From the NCBI RefSeq assembly GCF_964194155.1, contig NC_135899.1:46500001-46564000 (forward strand): a stretch of 64,000 nucleotides of DNA, in the 5' to 3' direction. This stretch comes from Cetorhinus maximus (lineage: Eukaryota). Both the position numbers and the translations under genes were made by a program. The notes under the pieces are model-generated. The model worked only from the letters and a program-made list of their open reading frames with translations, ran no database searches and was not told the DNA's origin. The first letter of the stretch is position 1, and each line of letters opens with the position of its first letter. Positions 37,005 to 49,239 of this stretch are shown in pieces.

Positions 37005-37849
37005 TTCTGTATGTGAAAGGATGAAGGAGGCACATTGGTCACTCCACCTCATAGTGGATGCCCTGCAGTGTGGCTGTAAGTCACAACTATGCAGCTGCCA
37101 CTGAGGACCATTGTATTCTGACATTTGTTGGTCTCATCGTGGTTAATGTGAGCAGTTGAAGCTTTACTTACCCTGGCGGAGCAAATTACATCATTCAACC
37201 TTTCCTGGCATTGTATTGCTGACCTGCCCTGGACAGACTGGCACTTACGGCATTAGCCACCTGCACTCATGCAGGGTTGGTTTCCCTGCTCGGCCTCCTC
37301 CTCCCATCAGCTGGGTACAGTATATCCCTCTGGACCTCGACATGGTGCAGGAGGACACGTGGAGAAGTGTCACTGAACTTCGGTGCTGGCCTTCACCTCT
37401 CCTTCCAGACATCTCCGTATTTTGTATTGACATGGAAGATGCCTGGGCGCCTTTTAAACATGGTGCCCGGATTTGATGGCTGGGAACACGCCATCCAGCC
37501 TGTCCCGCCATGCTAGGCATCAGAAACCACCCCTGCCCGCCCCACCGACTGCATAATCAATGACGTCGGGGCTGCAAGGTACCTCAGGATTTCCCGTCTC
37601 GGTCTCACAGTGGCAAACACTCTCCGTCCTTGCCCCAGCCACAGGAATTCGTCCCGGAATCTGTGTAGTTCATGCATTGCTACCTTCAAATTAACTTTCT
37701 CACCAATGTTTAGGATAGTCTCGAAAAATGATTAACAAGATAATTTTAAAAAACAATTCTGTGTATTTTTTGAAAGCATTCTCTATTTTCAATTGGAAGA
37801 TTGTTGGCAGTGGAACTGCAGCAGATTCTATGTTCAAAATATCCTCTCT

Positions 37850-38146
37850 CTCTTTGGGCATCATGCCCTAAGAGGGTGTTGGCAAACATGGATAAACATG
37901 GTTAGGCTTGGCAAGATACTGCAGTGGTTTGCTGTTGCTGTCTGCAGCGTTTCTTGCTGACCAAGGGGTCTCTCCCGCTCTTACTGCCTGCCATAGGTGT
38001 ACTGGAAGGATTTGCAAGTTGATAATCAACTGATTTGGCCATGTTATAAATGCCCCTTCCTTGACCATTGACTCCTGGAGTGGGACTTGAGCCTGCAGCT
38101 TCTGCCCCAGAGATAGTGATGTGACCACTGCGCCACAAGACCACCC
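37850..38146 (-). mobile_element. tRNA-derived SINE with an RTE 5'-like middle body
   Basis: A box TGGCGCAGTGG, B-box-like GGCTCAAGTCC; GCAAACCACTGCAGTATCTTGCC resembles the RTE/Bov-A leader motif. Confidence 0.7.
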
Positions 38147-39069
38147 CTCCCCCAACTCCTCAAAATACTGCTTAAGCTTAAAATGTCACTTCCCTAGTTA
38201 AACTAAAATTATAATTCAGGGAGAGTTGCTGCTGGAACCCAGGATAATGAACTTTTCAAATATATGTACCTTAAGGGCAGTATTTATGTTTCTCATATCA
38301 AGCACTAAAGACTGTGATCTGAGATGACAATTTAAGAAACAGTGTATCCCATCACACAAACCTTATTCAACTTATATTCTAACTCATGTACCATAATCCA
38401 CTGAAATACTTCCCACCACATGGAGTTTTCTCTATTATAGGGACATGGATGCCCTGATATTTACTCAGGGCCCAAAAAAGTTGTGGAAATTGTAGGATTT
38501 TAGGAAGCCCTGAAAGTACAGGCTTCCTGAATGTCCTACGGAAGTTAACTGCAGGATATTGTTTAAAATTATTCAGCACGTCTCCTGCCTGACAGCCAGC
38601 CTGATTGACTGGGTGGTTGCCTAGTGGGGGGGAAAGTAATTTGGGTGCAGATCACAGGTACTTCTGAGATTGTGGCAGCATTGGGGAGTCGAAGATTATG
38701 GATGTGGGGGGGAAATCGGAGATTACGGTGGGTGAGATCAGCCAAAAGCAAATGTTCTAAAGAAGCTTGCTTGTCGCACTTGGAAAAACACTCCTGCTCT
38801 TTCTGGCCCACAAGCAGCGCTGTATGAACAAACCAAGAGGAATCCATCTTGGATCTTGGTACCATTGCTTTTAAACATCAACCTCTAAGAAACATTTTGT
38901 GGACAGAACAGCATATACACAACATTTATCCACATTACTGAGTAAATACTTCACATTGCTCCTGACAATCATCACTTTGAAAACAAGTTATTTAATCATG
39001 TTTACTTAAGATGAAGCATTTGTAGGCCTTAGAAGTTTAGATGATAGGCTCAAGTGACCAGTAAATAAA

Positions 39070-39410
39070 GTCTTATATTTATGTAGTACCTTTTAAGGCC
39101 TTAGGACATTCCAAAGCAAGTTATAGCCAATGAAGTACTCTTGAAAGTGCAGTCATTGTTAAAACATAGGAAACACAGCAGCGAATTTGTACACAACAAG
39201 CACCCACAAAGAGCAATGGGATTAAGGGCCAGATATGTTTTTAATGATGCTGGTTGAGAGATAAATATTGGCTAAGCTATGGGGAAGTGCTCTCCTGTTC
39301 TTATTCAAATAGTGTCGTTGGACCTTTCACATCCTGAGATGCGATCCTGGGTTTAATATTTTATCTGATAGATTACATCTCCAGCAGTACAGTGCTCCCT
39401 CAGTATTCCC
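39070..39410 (-). mobile_element. DeuSINE (SacSINE1/AmnSINE1-like) body and tail
   Basis: Reverse complement matches the SINE at 53742-54097 and the Deu domain (GCCAATATTTATC..CTTGTTGTGTACAAATT). Confidence 0.75.
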
Positions 39411-39870
39411 CCATGAACAGTGCACCACGCCCTAAGCAATGCACCTATGATAATGCAGTGTATCTCAGTCCTGCCCTGCTGACAATGCAGCATTCCCTTA
39501 GTATTGCTCCTTCAACAATGCAGCACCCACTCAATACCGCCACTGAGACAGTTCAGTACTGGTCCTCTGACAGTGCAGCAGTCCCTCAGTACTGTCCCTC
39601 TGACAATGCAGCACCCCCTCAGTACTGGCCATCCAACAATGCAGACTGTGCTGACCATGCAATGTTGTTGTCTGATGGTGCAGTGTTACCTCATTACTGA
39701 CCCTTTAACATTGCAGCATTCCCTCAGTATTGACCCTCCAATAGTGCAGAATTCCCTCTGCTCAGCCACTTTTCCAGACAGCACTTCCTCAGTACTGCCT
39801 CTCTGACAATGTAACTCGCCCTCAAAACTGCCCCTGTGACAGTTCAGCACTTCCTCAGTACTGCCTATTA
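39385..39870. repeat. ~33-bp satellite (cagtactgccCCTCTGACAaTGCAGCActccct)n
   Basis: About 14-15 diverged units; the array resumes at 43018-43125 after a Gypsy insertion. Confidence 0.9.
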
Positions 39871-39881
39871 CATTCTCCTAT

Positions 39882-42800
39882 TTGACATAGACATACCAAG
39901 CATACAACAAAGATTGATATATATATATATATATATATATACACAATGTGCACATTTCTGATCTCAACTGCTACTGCTGTATACTGCGTTCATAGTCATG
40001 GGAGTACTACATCACATCCTGACTCAGTGATAGTGATTGACAGCAGTTTAAGATACGCTCTTAATATGGCACTCCCTGCTGTGGATGGTCCTCATCATTG
40101 TCTTGACGATACCATGAATGGTGACCAAGGACACATCCTTGCATGCTGGTAGGCCTACAGTCACTGGGCATAGTGTGTGCACAACATAAAATATTTGGGA
40201 TGACCAGAGTGAGTTGTTGTAGTAGCACCTGAGTGTAATGGATCTCAGGGATGGAATCTCCGAGCAATTTACACAGTGAGTTTGGCAGTAATTTGTTGAA
40301 TCATCACTTGCCATGTCTGTGGGTACATCATTTCAGTGTGGTAAGTAGAAGGATGTTTGCACCTGCACTGATATCCAGTTGTGTATACGAGTTATGCTGT
40401 GCCTGCATTTGTGGGCATATAATCTGAATAGTGGCAAAGGCTTCTGCTGGTACCACTGTGCCAATATATTCTTTGATGTTCATTGTGCTGAATGTCTGTT
40501 CACTTTGTATGTCGGTGGTCTGGTCATCCTCATCGTCTGACCATGTAGCTTGGCTGGACATTTTGAGAATCTTGTCTTGATGCTGTTTGGTATGTTCTCT
40601 TGGTGAATTGGAACGCTGTATCTGTCTGGCTTCTGGTTGTCACTTCCCGTGACGTTGGGCCACTTGTTCCAGCCTTTGCTTTCTGCATTGGTGCTTCCAG
40701 TGTCCTCTGGTACCAAATGCCTTGCATGCAGCATTAAAAACTAGACAATTTCTGGGTCATGTGTGAGGCCATATCGCATGCATTGTTTACGAGGCTTGCC
40801 TGTATTGGCTATCGGGCCAGTGGTGGATGAAGTTTGCGTAGCTCATATACTCTGTCTACCCAATAGCATAGCTTCGTACTTGTGTCCACTTTGTAGTAGT
40901 GCTTCCACGCTGTAATCTTTGGGTTAGTCCAAGATGTATTTTTATAATGCTTCTATTGCCATAGATGCTGTTACAAGCTGAATTATTCTGTCAGTTACCT
41001 CTGCTACCTTAAAGTCACAATCATGCCCCTTGCCTCTGCATTTTCTTATGAATTGGTCAATGGTTTCTGTCAGCATTTGACTAAAGGATATGAATTCTAG
41101 ACAGTGTATTCAGAAGTTGAGCTTCACTCGTAATTGATTGCCAAGTGTTGACTATATTTTATCTGGATTTTTAAGGTCTTCATCTGATAGACCTGAAGTA
41201 TTCAGTCTATGGAGCAGTGAATGCTGATAGCGAGCAATTTTAAGCTAAATGGCTTGTTTATCTGGTTCAGAAACACGGAGACTCTGAAAACATAGTTCTA
41301 TGTGTTGACAGAACAAAGTAGATTCAAGTAGGAGGTCCATTGCCTTCCAATTGAGTGTTGGAAATGTTGTGGTCATCCTTTGGCTTTTTGTAGGATTATT
41401 AAAATTATCTGGGATAGGAGCAATATTCATGCTTTGTTACAGCCCTTCAGAACTTGGGGCAGGATTTTGAGGTCATTGGGCGGGCCTGGGAGCGGCTGGG
41501 AAATGGTCCACCGTCCGCGATTGGCCCCCGACTGTGTTTTCACGCTTGCTGGCCAATTAACGGCCAAGCTGCCAGGGCGGTGGCAGGAGCAGGGCAAGTG
41601 CTGAAGTCAGCACGGGTGCGGGGGTAGCACGCAATGGTAGCTCCCTGAAGACAGAGAGCTGAAGAATTTTAAACCCTTAAATAAAGAGTTTCAAATCCCG
41701 GAAAAAATTTCCACCCATAAGAATCACCCACCTAAACATGTTGATGATAAATATTCCGCCCAAGCATTTTTTCAAAAATTAATATCAGAAGCCTCATCCC
41801 ACCCTTGGATGAGATTTCCTCAAAAACCCAAAGGCCGCCTGGCCGATTCGCCCACCCGCCAACCGTAACCGTTACCATAACCGTAACGTCGCGGGCAGTG
41901 AAAAATAGTGGTTAATTAATTGATTAATGGTCCTGGTAGGCCTCTTAATTGTTGGCGGACGTGCTGCTGACTCTTGCGCGAGCCCGCTGACTGAAATATC
42001 ACGAGTGCGCGATGACATCAGGATGCTTGCTCGATGCCATCGCGCTTTACTTCATTCTCGGGGTGGGGTGGACGGGGACAGCCACAAGCCGAGTGGAAAC
42101 TCCTGCCCTTGGTTTGGCTCCCTGAGTTGCAGTACCTCAAGTGGCCACAGACTTAGCTGATCACAAGTTATTGCTTGATTGCAATGGTGGCATGTTTCAG
42201 TTTTTCCCAGGCTTACCAAAGCTCCACCCTCAACAACAACTGCAGAAGCAACAGTGGACTGCAAGCTTCACGGGAAAATTAAATACAGAAAAAAAACTTT
42301 TTACGGCCTTCTTCTAGCTGCAAGGAGCTGTTTGCGCTAGGGATGAAGAGTCCATCCAGTAGCACCTCCCAGTCTGCAATATTTTAATCTCTTCCTGACC
42401 TCCTGTCGGGACAACAAGCAGCAATAATGGATTCCTCTGTCTGTGGAATTCTGCTTAAAGCTAGACTCTCCAGAGTCAGCTTTATAATCTCCGTTCCTGC
42501 ATAAACTTTGCAGCAGGTAGACTTATACTATTTAAGCTCTCCAAAATTTGAACAATCTTACTGGTACCCAGTACCTGCTGGCTGGTGCAATGTCCCAGGA
42601 TGAAGGTACAGTATGCAGAATTATTTATACATGGTGCCTTAATACTTTATAGCTGTTTCACTTCCATACCAGTTTTTCTTTGGCTATATGTGAAGGGTTG
42701 AGGCATGTATATTTGTCAGTGAAATCTTTAAATATGACTACCACCATGTTATGTTCTTCTACTTGGTGTAAATGTTCCAATCATACAACAAGGATTGGTA

Positions 42801-43010
42801 AAACAGTAATGTGGGTCCTTTATTTGAGGATAAGGCTATATACTTATAATGTATATAATGTTAACTGGAAGATTATGTACAAATGCCTGATCATGACTAT
42901 TACTGCTGTAGACTGAGCTCCAAGCCTGGGACTACTACATCACATCCTGGCTCAGCGGTAGTGATTGACAGCAGTTTAAGATACACCACTTTAAAGGTAC
43001 ATGTACATCA
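39882..43010 (-). mobile_element. Decayed Gypsy element (LTR 42747-43010, partial LTR copy ~39882-40065, gag and protease remnants)
   Basis: PBS TGGTGGTAG at 42746; gag FPTLNWKA..ETIDQFIRKCRGKGHDCDF; protease-like LDISAGANIL; block actacatcacatcctg..gattgacagcagtttaagatac at both ends. Confidence 0.8.
41457..42108. mobile_element. Harbinger-type MITE, family A
   Basis: TIR gggcaggatttt / aaactcctgccc, TSD TTG. Confidence 0.85.
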
Positions 43011-43017
43011 TATCATA

Positions 43018-43125
43018 GCACTGCCCCTCTGAAAATGTAGTGCTCCTTCGGGTCTTGCCCTCCAACAGTACAGTGTTTCCTCAGCATTGTCCCTCTGACA
43101 ATACAGCATTTTCAGAATACTGCAC
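43018..43125. repeat. Continuation of the 33-bp satellite
   Basis: Same unit as 39385-39870. Confidence 0.8.
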
Positions 43126-43199
43126 AAAATTGAAGATTCAGAAGACGATTCTATCCTAAACAACCCTTGATTGGCCAAGGCTGGCTTAATGATGAGGTG

Positions 43200-44360
43200 A
43201 GAGCGACCACACTTTATATCAAAGCAGCATTTGACTAAGTGTGGCATCAAGGAGCCCTGGCAATATTGGAGTCAATGGTAATCAGGGGAAAAACTCTCCA
43301 CTGGTTGGAGTCATACCTAACTCAAAACAAAATGTTTGTGGTTGTTGGAGGCCAATCTTCTCAGTCCCAGGACATTGCTGCAGAAGTTCCCCAGGGCAGT
43401 GCCCTAAGTCCAACTATCTTCAGCTGCTTCATCAATGATCTTCCCTCCATCATAAGTGGGGATATTCACTGATGATTGCACAATGTTCTGTACCATTTGC
43501 AACTCCTCAGATACTGAAGCAGTCCATGCCCGCAGGCTGCAAGGCCAGGACAAAATTGAGGTTTGGACTGATAAGTGGCAATTAACATTTGTGCCACATG
43601 AGTGCCAAGCAATGACCATCTTCAACAAGAAAGAATATAACGGCATTGAACGGTATTACCATCGTTGAATTCCCCCCACTATCAACATCCTTTGGGGTGG
43701 GGTAGGGGGCGGGGTGGGGGTTACCATTGACAGAAACTTAACTGGATCAGCCATACAAATATTGTGGTTAAAAGAGCAGGCTAGAGGCTGGGAATTCTGT
43801 GGTGAGTAACTCACCTCCTGACTCTTTAAAGACTGACCACTATCTACAAGGTATGATCAGGAGTGTGATGGAATACACTTCATTGCCTGGATGAGTGCAG
43901 CTCCAACAACACTCAAGAAGCTCAACACCACCCAGGGCAAAGGATCTCACTTAATCAACACCTCATCCACCACCTTAAACATTCACTCCCTCCACCACTG
44001 CCGCACAGTGTGTACCATCTACAAGACGCACTGCCTCAATTTGCCAAGCCTCCTTTGGCAGCACCTACGAAACACATGACTTCTACCACCTCGAAGGTCA
44101 AGGGCAGCAGGTGCATGGAATCTCCACCACCTGCAAATTTCCCTCCAAGTCACTTACCATCCTGACTTGGAAATGTATCACCGTTCCTTTACTGTCATTG
44201 GGTCAAAATCCTGGAACTCCTTCCCTAGCAGCACTGTGGGTGTGCCTACACCACATGGACTGCAGCAGTTCAAGAAGGTGGCTCACCACCACCTTCTCAA
44301 GGGCAATTAGGGAACAAATGATGCCCTTCAGCAATCTTCACATTCCAAGAATAAATAAGA
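43200..44360 (+). mobile_element. 5'-truncated copy of the tRNA-headed LINE family
   Basis: VWHQGAL..VPQGSALSPTIFSCFINDLPS..FTDD to the 3' tail. Confidence 0.9.
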
Positions 44361-46621
44361 ATACTTGGAGAACACTATAATTTGAAACTGCACAAAAGAA
44401 TAAGGGTAGAAAGCATCTTGCAAAAACAAGTAATTGCATTTTATTCTGTGCTATGATTTTACTGACACCTGTGAGCCTGCACTCAATGCAGACGGCTTTA
44501 CAACAAGTTGACTGTTTTAAATTCTGTTACTGCAGTTTGAATGAATGCCTGCTCCCACACATTGTGTTTAATCCCAGATTAACCAGCTCTTCTCCAGATA
44601 CAACATCTCGCATTTACTTCTAAATGTCATTTAAGAGGTGTTTTTCTCCTTGGAGTTTTTTTTTACAATGTTCTCTCTCTCACCATGTTCATGTTGAACA
44701 TTGTGTTGGCTGATTGAGAGCCTGGGGGGTGGGGGGGAGGGGTGGGGGTAGCAATCAGATCCGAAGGGAAAAGCTTTCTATTACATGGTTGCTAGGAGGA
44801 AATGTTAGTACAGCAAGGTGAACAAATTCCCTCATACAGTATTCCCTCTTTCTGGGAAATTGTGTTCCCTGGAGATAAGGAACTTGTCACATGGACCGTT
44901 GGAGCAAACCTGCATCATTCTATCTTCCATATGCTATTTTGGTAAAGAATATTTTAATTGTATTGATAAAGATTCTTGCAAAGGTTCAGGTGATTATTTC
45001 TTCGTTTTCTTCACAAATCCCCCAAACCTTTAGATTTCTGCTGTTTGGCAGTTTTCTTGCACAGGCTGTAGTGGAGTTGCATAATAACACTTGTAAATCT
45101 ACATCCAGGTATTCATGAAGTAAGATACCCAATGGAATTAGATGAGCAGAAATATTGTGAGGGTCAGGTGGCAGAAAAGTGGGTCATTGGCTCCAATGTA
45201 ACTGACTGAAGGTTAAAAACCTTTGGAGCAAGGTGAAGTATCAAATGTGACATTAGCAAGTATTCAAAGATTTTTTTCAATTGCTTCCAGCACTTTAGCA
45301 CGGCAACAGGCTGTAGAAACATGAAAGTCAGTACTATAACTAGACGAAAATAGGATACTTACTGTGAGGTCAGGTCTTCAGGGTGTCCCTCTCTACTACT
45401 GCTCCTAAGTTTATTTTCATTGTGGTGCATTTGTGAAAATGATAGTTGCATTTTTGACTCAATCATTAAAGCTTGACAGTGGGCCAAAATTCTCTGAAAT
45501 TCCAAATATCTTCACCTTCTATCCCTGTAAAGAAACATTTCATCTGAATTCTTTGGTCAAATTTCTGCCTTACAAAGTGCTTTGTGAAGATATTACACCT
45601 ATAAATTTAACACTCTGTAACAATCCGTCCAGTAAAACATTCTTGATTCTCGGCTGACACTTAATTCTTCCCATATGTCCTTATTTGCATTATGTACCCA
45701 CCCCACCTAACTGGAATAGTGTAGACATGGGTTGAAATGTTGTGGGCGTGGGGGGAGTGGGGTGGGGGTGGTTGTGGCATGTTCCTGCCTCCCACCACCA
45801 TTCTAATTTATCCAAATTCAGGCAAGGAAGGGTGGGGACCTAATTCAAATGGCTAAACTGTGTTCCGAGGATGGCTTTGGGAGAGCTGCCATTTTAAATG
45901 CAGGTCTGTCTAAGGCCTGCATGGTCTCGAACCAGAGGGTATGAGTTAGTATTGCCAAGGTATTGGCCATGAAAGGTAAGTTTTTTTTTATTTTTAAAAG
46001 TTCCATGTTGGCTACTCCTGATCCATCTGGTTCCACAGGATACCTTGGGCCTCCCCTGCATGGCCTCCTCAGAACCCCCACACCACCCTGATTGCAGACT
46101 TTCTGATCTCTGCCTCCAGTTAAGGTTACCTTTATTTGGAACTGTTTCCCTGGGCCTCTGGTAGTGCCTTGGCCCCCACAAATTTTGACCCCCATTGGCA
46201 ACGATGCCATTCTTGCTAGCTTTGGGCAGGAGTCACTGTTGATGTAAGTAAATGAGGTCCAGGTGTCGAAATCTCGCAGGCGTTGTGTTCTGGGGTGTGG
46301 GCAGCTCCAGACCCCAAGTCACTGAGATAAAAGTGGGGCTAAATATTGACATAAGGCTGTTGCTTTGATGTCTTTTCAATCCACATTTTGCTAAGAGACA
46401 CAGTCCTGCTGCGAAGTGACTTGCTCAAGAGCCATACTTACTTCCAAAAAAAAGTTCCATTTGCTTTTGTTTGAAATTTAAAAAAAAAAATTTCTTGCAC
46501 TCCCATTCACTCTTACTGCATGCCAGACCAATATAGCACGACGGTTATTTCTAGAGGGTAAGAGTTGAAAAGTGGAGAAGTTATACTAAATTTGTCTTGA
46601 ACTTTGGTTAAACGACATTTG

Positions 46622-47851
46622 GGCCAGAATTTTACATTTAGCGTGCGGATGCGCGCCCAACACACACGAGCGTAATATGACCTGCGATGATGTCGAGCAC
46701 GCATCCTGACGTCATCTTGCGCTCGTGTGATATTTCATTTGGCGGGCACATGCCGGAGTCGGCTGTGTGCCCGCCGATAATTGAAAGGCCTATTAAGGCC
46801 ATTAACGAGCTAATTAACTTGAAATTTATGCTCCCATCCAACCTAATGGTTGGTGGGCAGGCAAAAAGGCCAAGTGGGTTTTGATTTTTCAGGAAACCTC
46901 ACCCATGAGTGGGATGAGGCTTCCTAAAGCCAATGCAAATTAAATAAAACCTTGGGGAGAACTTTCTTCCTGTTGGGCGGGCCAATCAGGAGTGGGCGCA
47001 GTGCTGATCGCCGCCCGTGACCGGCTGCGTGCCGCTGTTTTACGTGGGTGGGACAATTAAGGCCTGCCCAGCGTGACACATGCCCGGCAGCGCTCCCTGT
47101 GCGGGCGGGCACAGTGTCACATGAGCTGGGACATGTTTATGGAAAAACATTTATTTAATTATTAAACCCTTTATGAAACCTCATCCTGCCCGTGGATGAG
47201 GTTTCATGAAAAGCGTGAAAGCCACTTGGGCTCTTCGCCGGCCCGCCAACCTTCAGGTTGGACAGGCAGCCCTGTTAATTATGTAAATTGGTTTTTAAAT
47301 GGCCTTAACAGGCCTTTGACAGTTCGGTGAGCGCACAGCCACCTCCGGCGCGCACCCGCTGAATGGAAGATCGGAATGACGTGTGGTGAAATCGGGACGC
47401 ACGCCCAATGTCACCGCGCGTCATTTTACGTGTCGGCGTGTGGAGCCTGCCCCCGCACGCCGAAGAGAAAATTCTCCCCCTTTATTTTGAAATTAAAAAC
47501 ATGTCCCATTTCATGTGACTGTGTCACATGAGGGGACATGTTTCATTACATTTTTATTGTATTTATTAATTTTTTTAACAAGTGCTTCAATCTCCCTGAG
47601 GCAGCTCCATGCCTCAGGGAGACCGAAGCGCTCTTTCATGGGCGTGCGTGAGCTGCGCGTGAGGCCTGGCTCTCCCTCCTCCCCCCGCCCGCATAGGCAG
47701 CGCTCAGCGCTGCCGCTCACGATCCAGGGCTGTCCTTAATTAATTCGCCCACGTGAAATCGCGGCACGGAGCCGATCGCAGGGGTGGTCGGCTTCCTGAC
47801 CGCCCTCACCCGCTCCTGCCGAGCCTGCCTGACGAGGGAAACATTCTGGCC
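46622..47851. mobile_element. Harbinger-type MITE, family A (outer)
   Basis: TIR ggccagaat / attctggcc, TSD TTG; inserted in a CR1 fragment. Confidence 0.85.
46954..47479. mobile_element. Harbinger-type MITE, family A, nested in the opposite orientation
   Basis: TIR ggggagaacttt / aaaattctcccc, TSD CTT. Confidence 0.85.
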
Positions 47852-49239
47852 TTGGAGTTACTGCATAAAATTCTGATTACCATATTATAAGAAGGACACT
47901 GAGGCACTTGAGGGGGTGCCAAAAAAGGTACATACATGGGCCATACCAAAATTATGGGTTATACCCATCAGGAAGGGTCAAACAGCCTGATGTTCTTTGG
48001 AGTCAGGCATATTGAAGGATACACATGGAGACAATGTGGATCATAAATGATTTTCAACCTTTGTTATTAATAGGACCAGAAAAGAGATGGACTGGTTTTA
48101 TATTAAGGTAGAATTGGCAAAGCGTCCCATTGGGAAGTATTCCCTAACCTTCCCTGTGAAGGCATCAGATATGTTTACAGATTGAGTGTGCAGGAGAATG
48201 AAGAAAATCAGGCTAAATTCTTGCACCTACAGCCATTGTATGAGTTTTCTACTGCTGGATTACCCTGTCAGTCAGTGAGTCACAGTATTGGCCTATGTTT
48301 AGTGAAAGTACAAGAATACCCCATTCTCAGCAGTAGATACATTCCTGGAAAACATTACATTAATCAAAACTACATATATCAAAGCAATTTTCCTATTAAA
48401 ATGTATGTAATATTGAGAGATGTGTTCCTCATCCAAGACTTTTGGCCCCAAGACATAACATAAACATGAAATACATTTTATTTCATCATCATCATCACCA
48501 GCATCATGTGTGCTCTGCCCGAAGGTGGGGCTTTGGCTCATAATAGTCTTTCCATGTCCCTCGATCCTTTACCAGACTTTTCATTTGCCAATAACTTCCT
48601 TCAAGTTACAAACTATCCAGCATTGATATTCTCTTCCATCTTCCTCTTTCTCCGTGAAATCTTCCCTCCATACTGCCTCTTACTAGTCCATTTCTTCTTA
48701 AGATGTGCCTCACCCAGTCTCTCCGTCTGTTCCTAATTACATTCAGTAAATTTCTTTGTTCGTTCACTCTCCTCAGCACTTCATCATTTGTTATTTTTTT
48801 GGTCCAGTTGATCCTTTCCATTCTCCTCCAAACCCACATTTCATAGTTATTTAGCAAGTTGGTCTCCTCATTCTGTAAGTTCCAAATCTCACCTATATAC
48901 AAAACAACACTCCAAATCAAACTCTTTACAAGTCACTTCTTGAATTGTTTATCCAGCTTTCTGGTTCATTCGGGTTGACTGGATTAAGCTCTTGACAATG
49001 CTGAATGATATTGGAGTAGACTGGAGAGAGACAACATGGGACAAACAGCAATAGTGAGAGTAGCCAATGGGGAATTGGAACAATGTGTAATTGGAAGATA
49101 AGTTCGACAAGGGTTTTTAAAAAAAATATTTTTATTCTGGCTAGGCCAGCATTTATTGCCTATCCCTAATTGCCTTTGGGCACTCCATGTGGTGTGAGTA
49201 CTCCCACAGTGCTGTTAGGAAGGGAGTTCCAGGATTTTG

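Larger units (their letters stand above)
32290..37412 (-). pseudogene. Harbinger Myb/SANT gene (exon 1 37172-37412; exon 2 ~33310-33480; exon 3 ~32290-33235), with a LINE inserted in intron 1
   Basis: APKFSDTS..RDILYPADGRRR..SAIQC..RLNDVI|gtaagt; HLRPLTEFKERATQLAG; EVVPTCARIEVSVGRLADSMEILVQQ. Confidence 0.8.
30784..37655. mobile_element. Decayed PIF/Harbinger element with minus-strand Myb/SANT gene and nested Penelope and LINE
   Basis: Ends ggatggaattctcc / caggaattcgtccc; Myb exons are homologous to 24169-25880. Confidence 0.75.

Noticed and set aside
39385-39870. CRISPR-like or coding repeat (ORFs 39392, 39504)
   Set aside because: Tandem 33-bp satellite; the ORFs arise because the unit length is a multiple of three.
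45065-45108. 44-nt plus-strand AG/GT mini-exon (AVVELHNNTCKSTS)
   Set aside because: Too short to distinguish from chance, weak donor, no supporting exons.
48181-48274. 94-nt plus-strand candidate exon (LSVQENEENQAKFLHLQPLYEFSTAGLPCQS)
   Set aside because: Weak acceptor, unrecognised peptide, and opposite strand to the other candidate.
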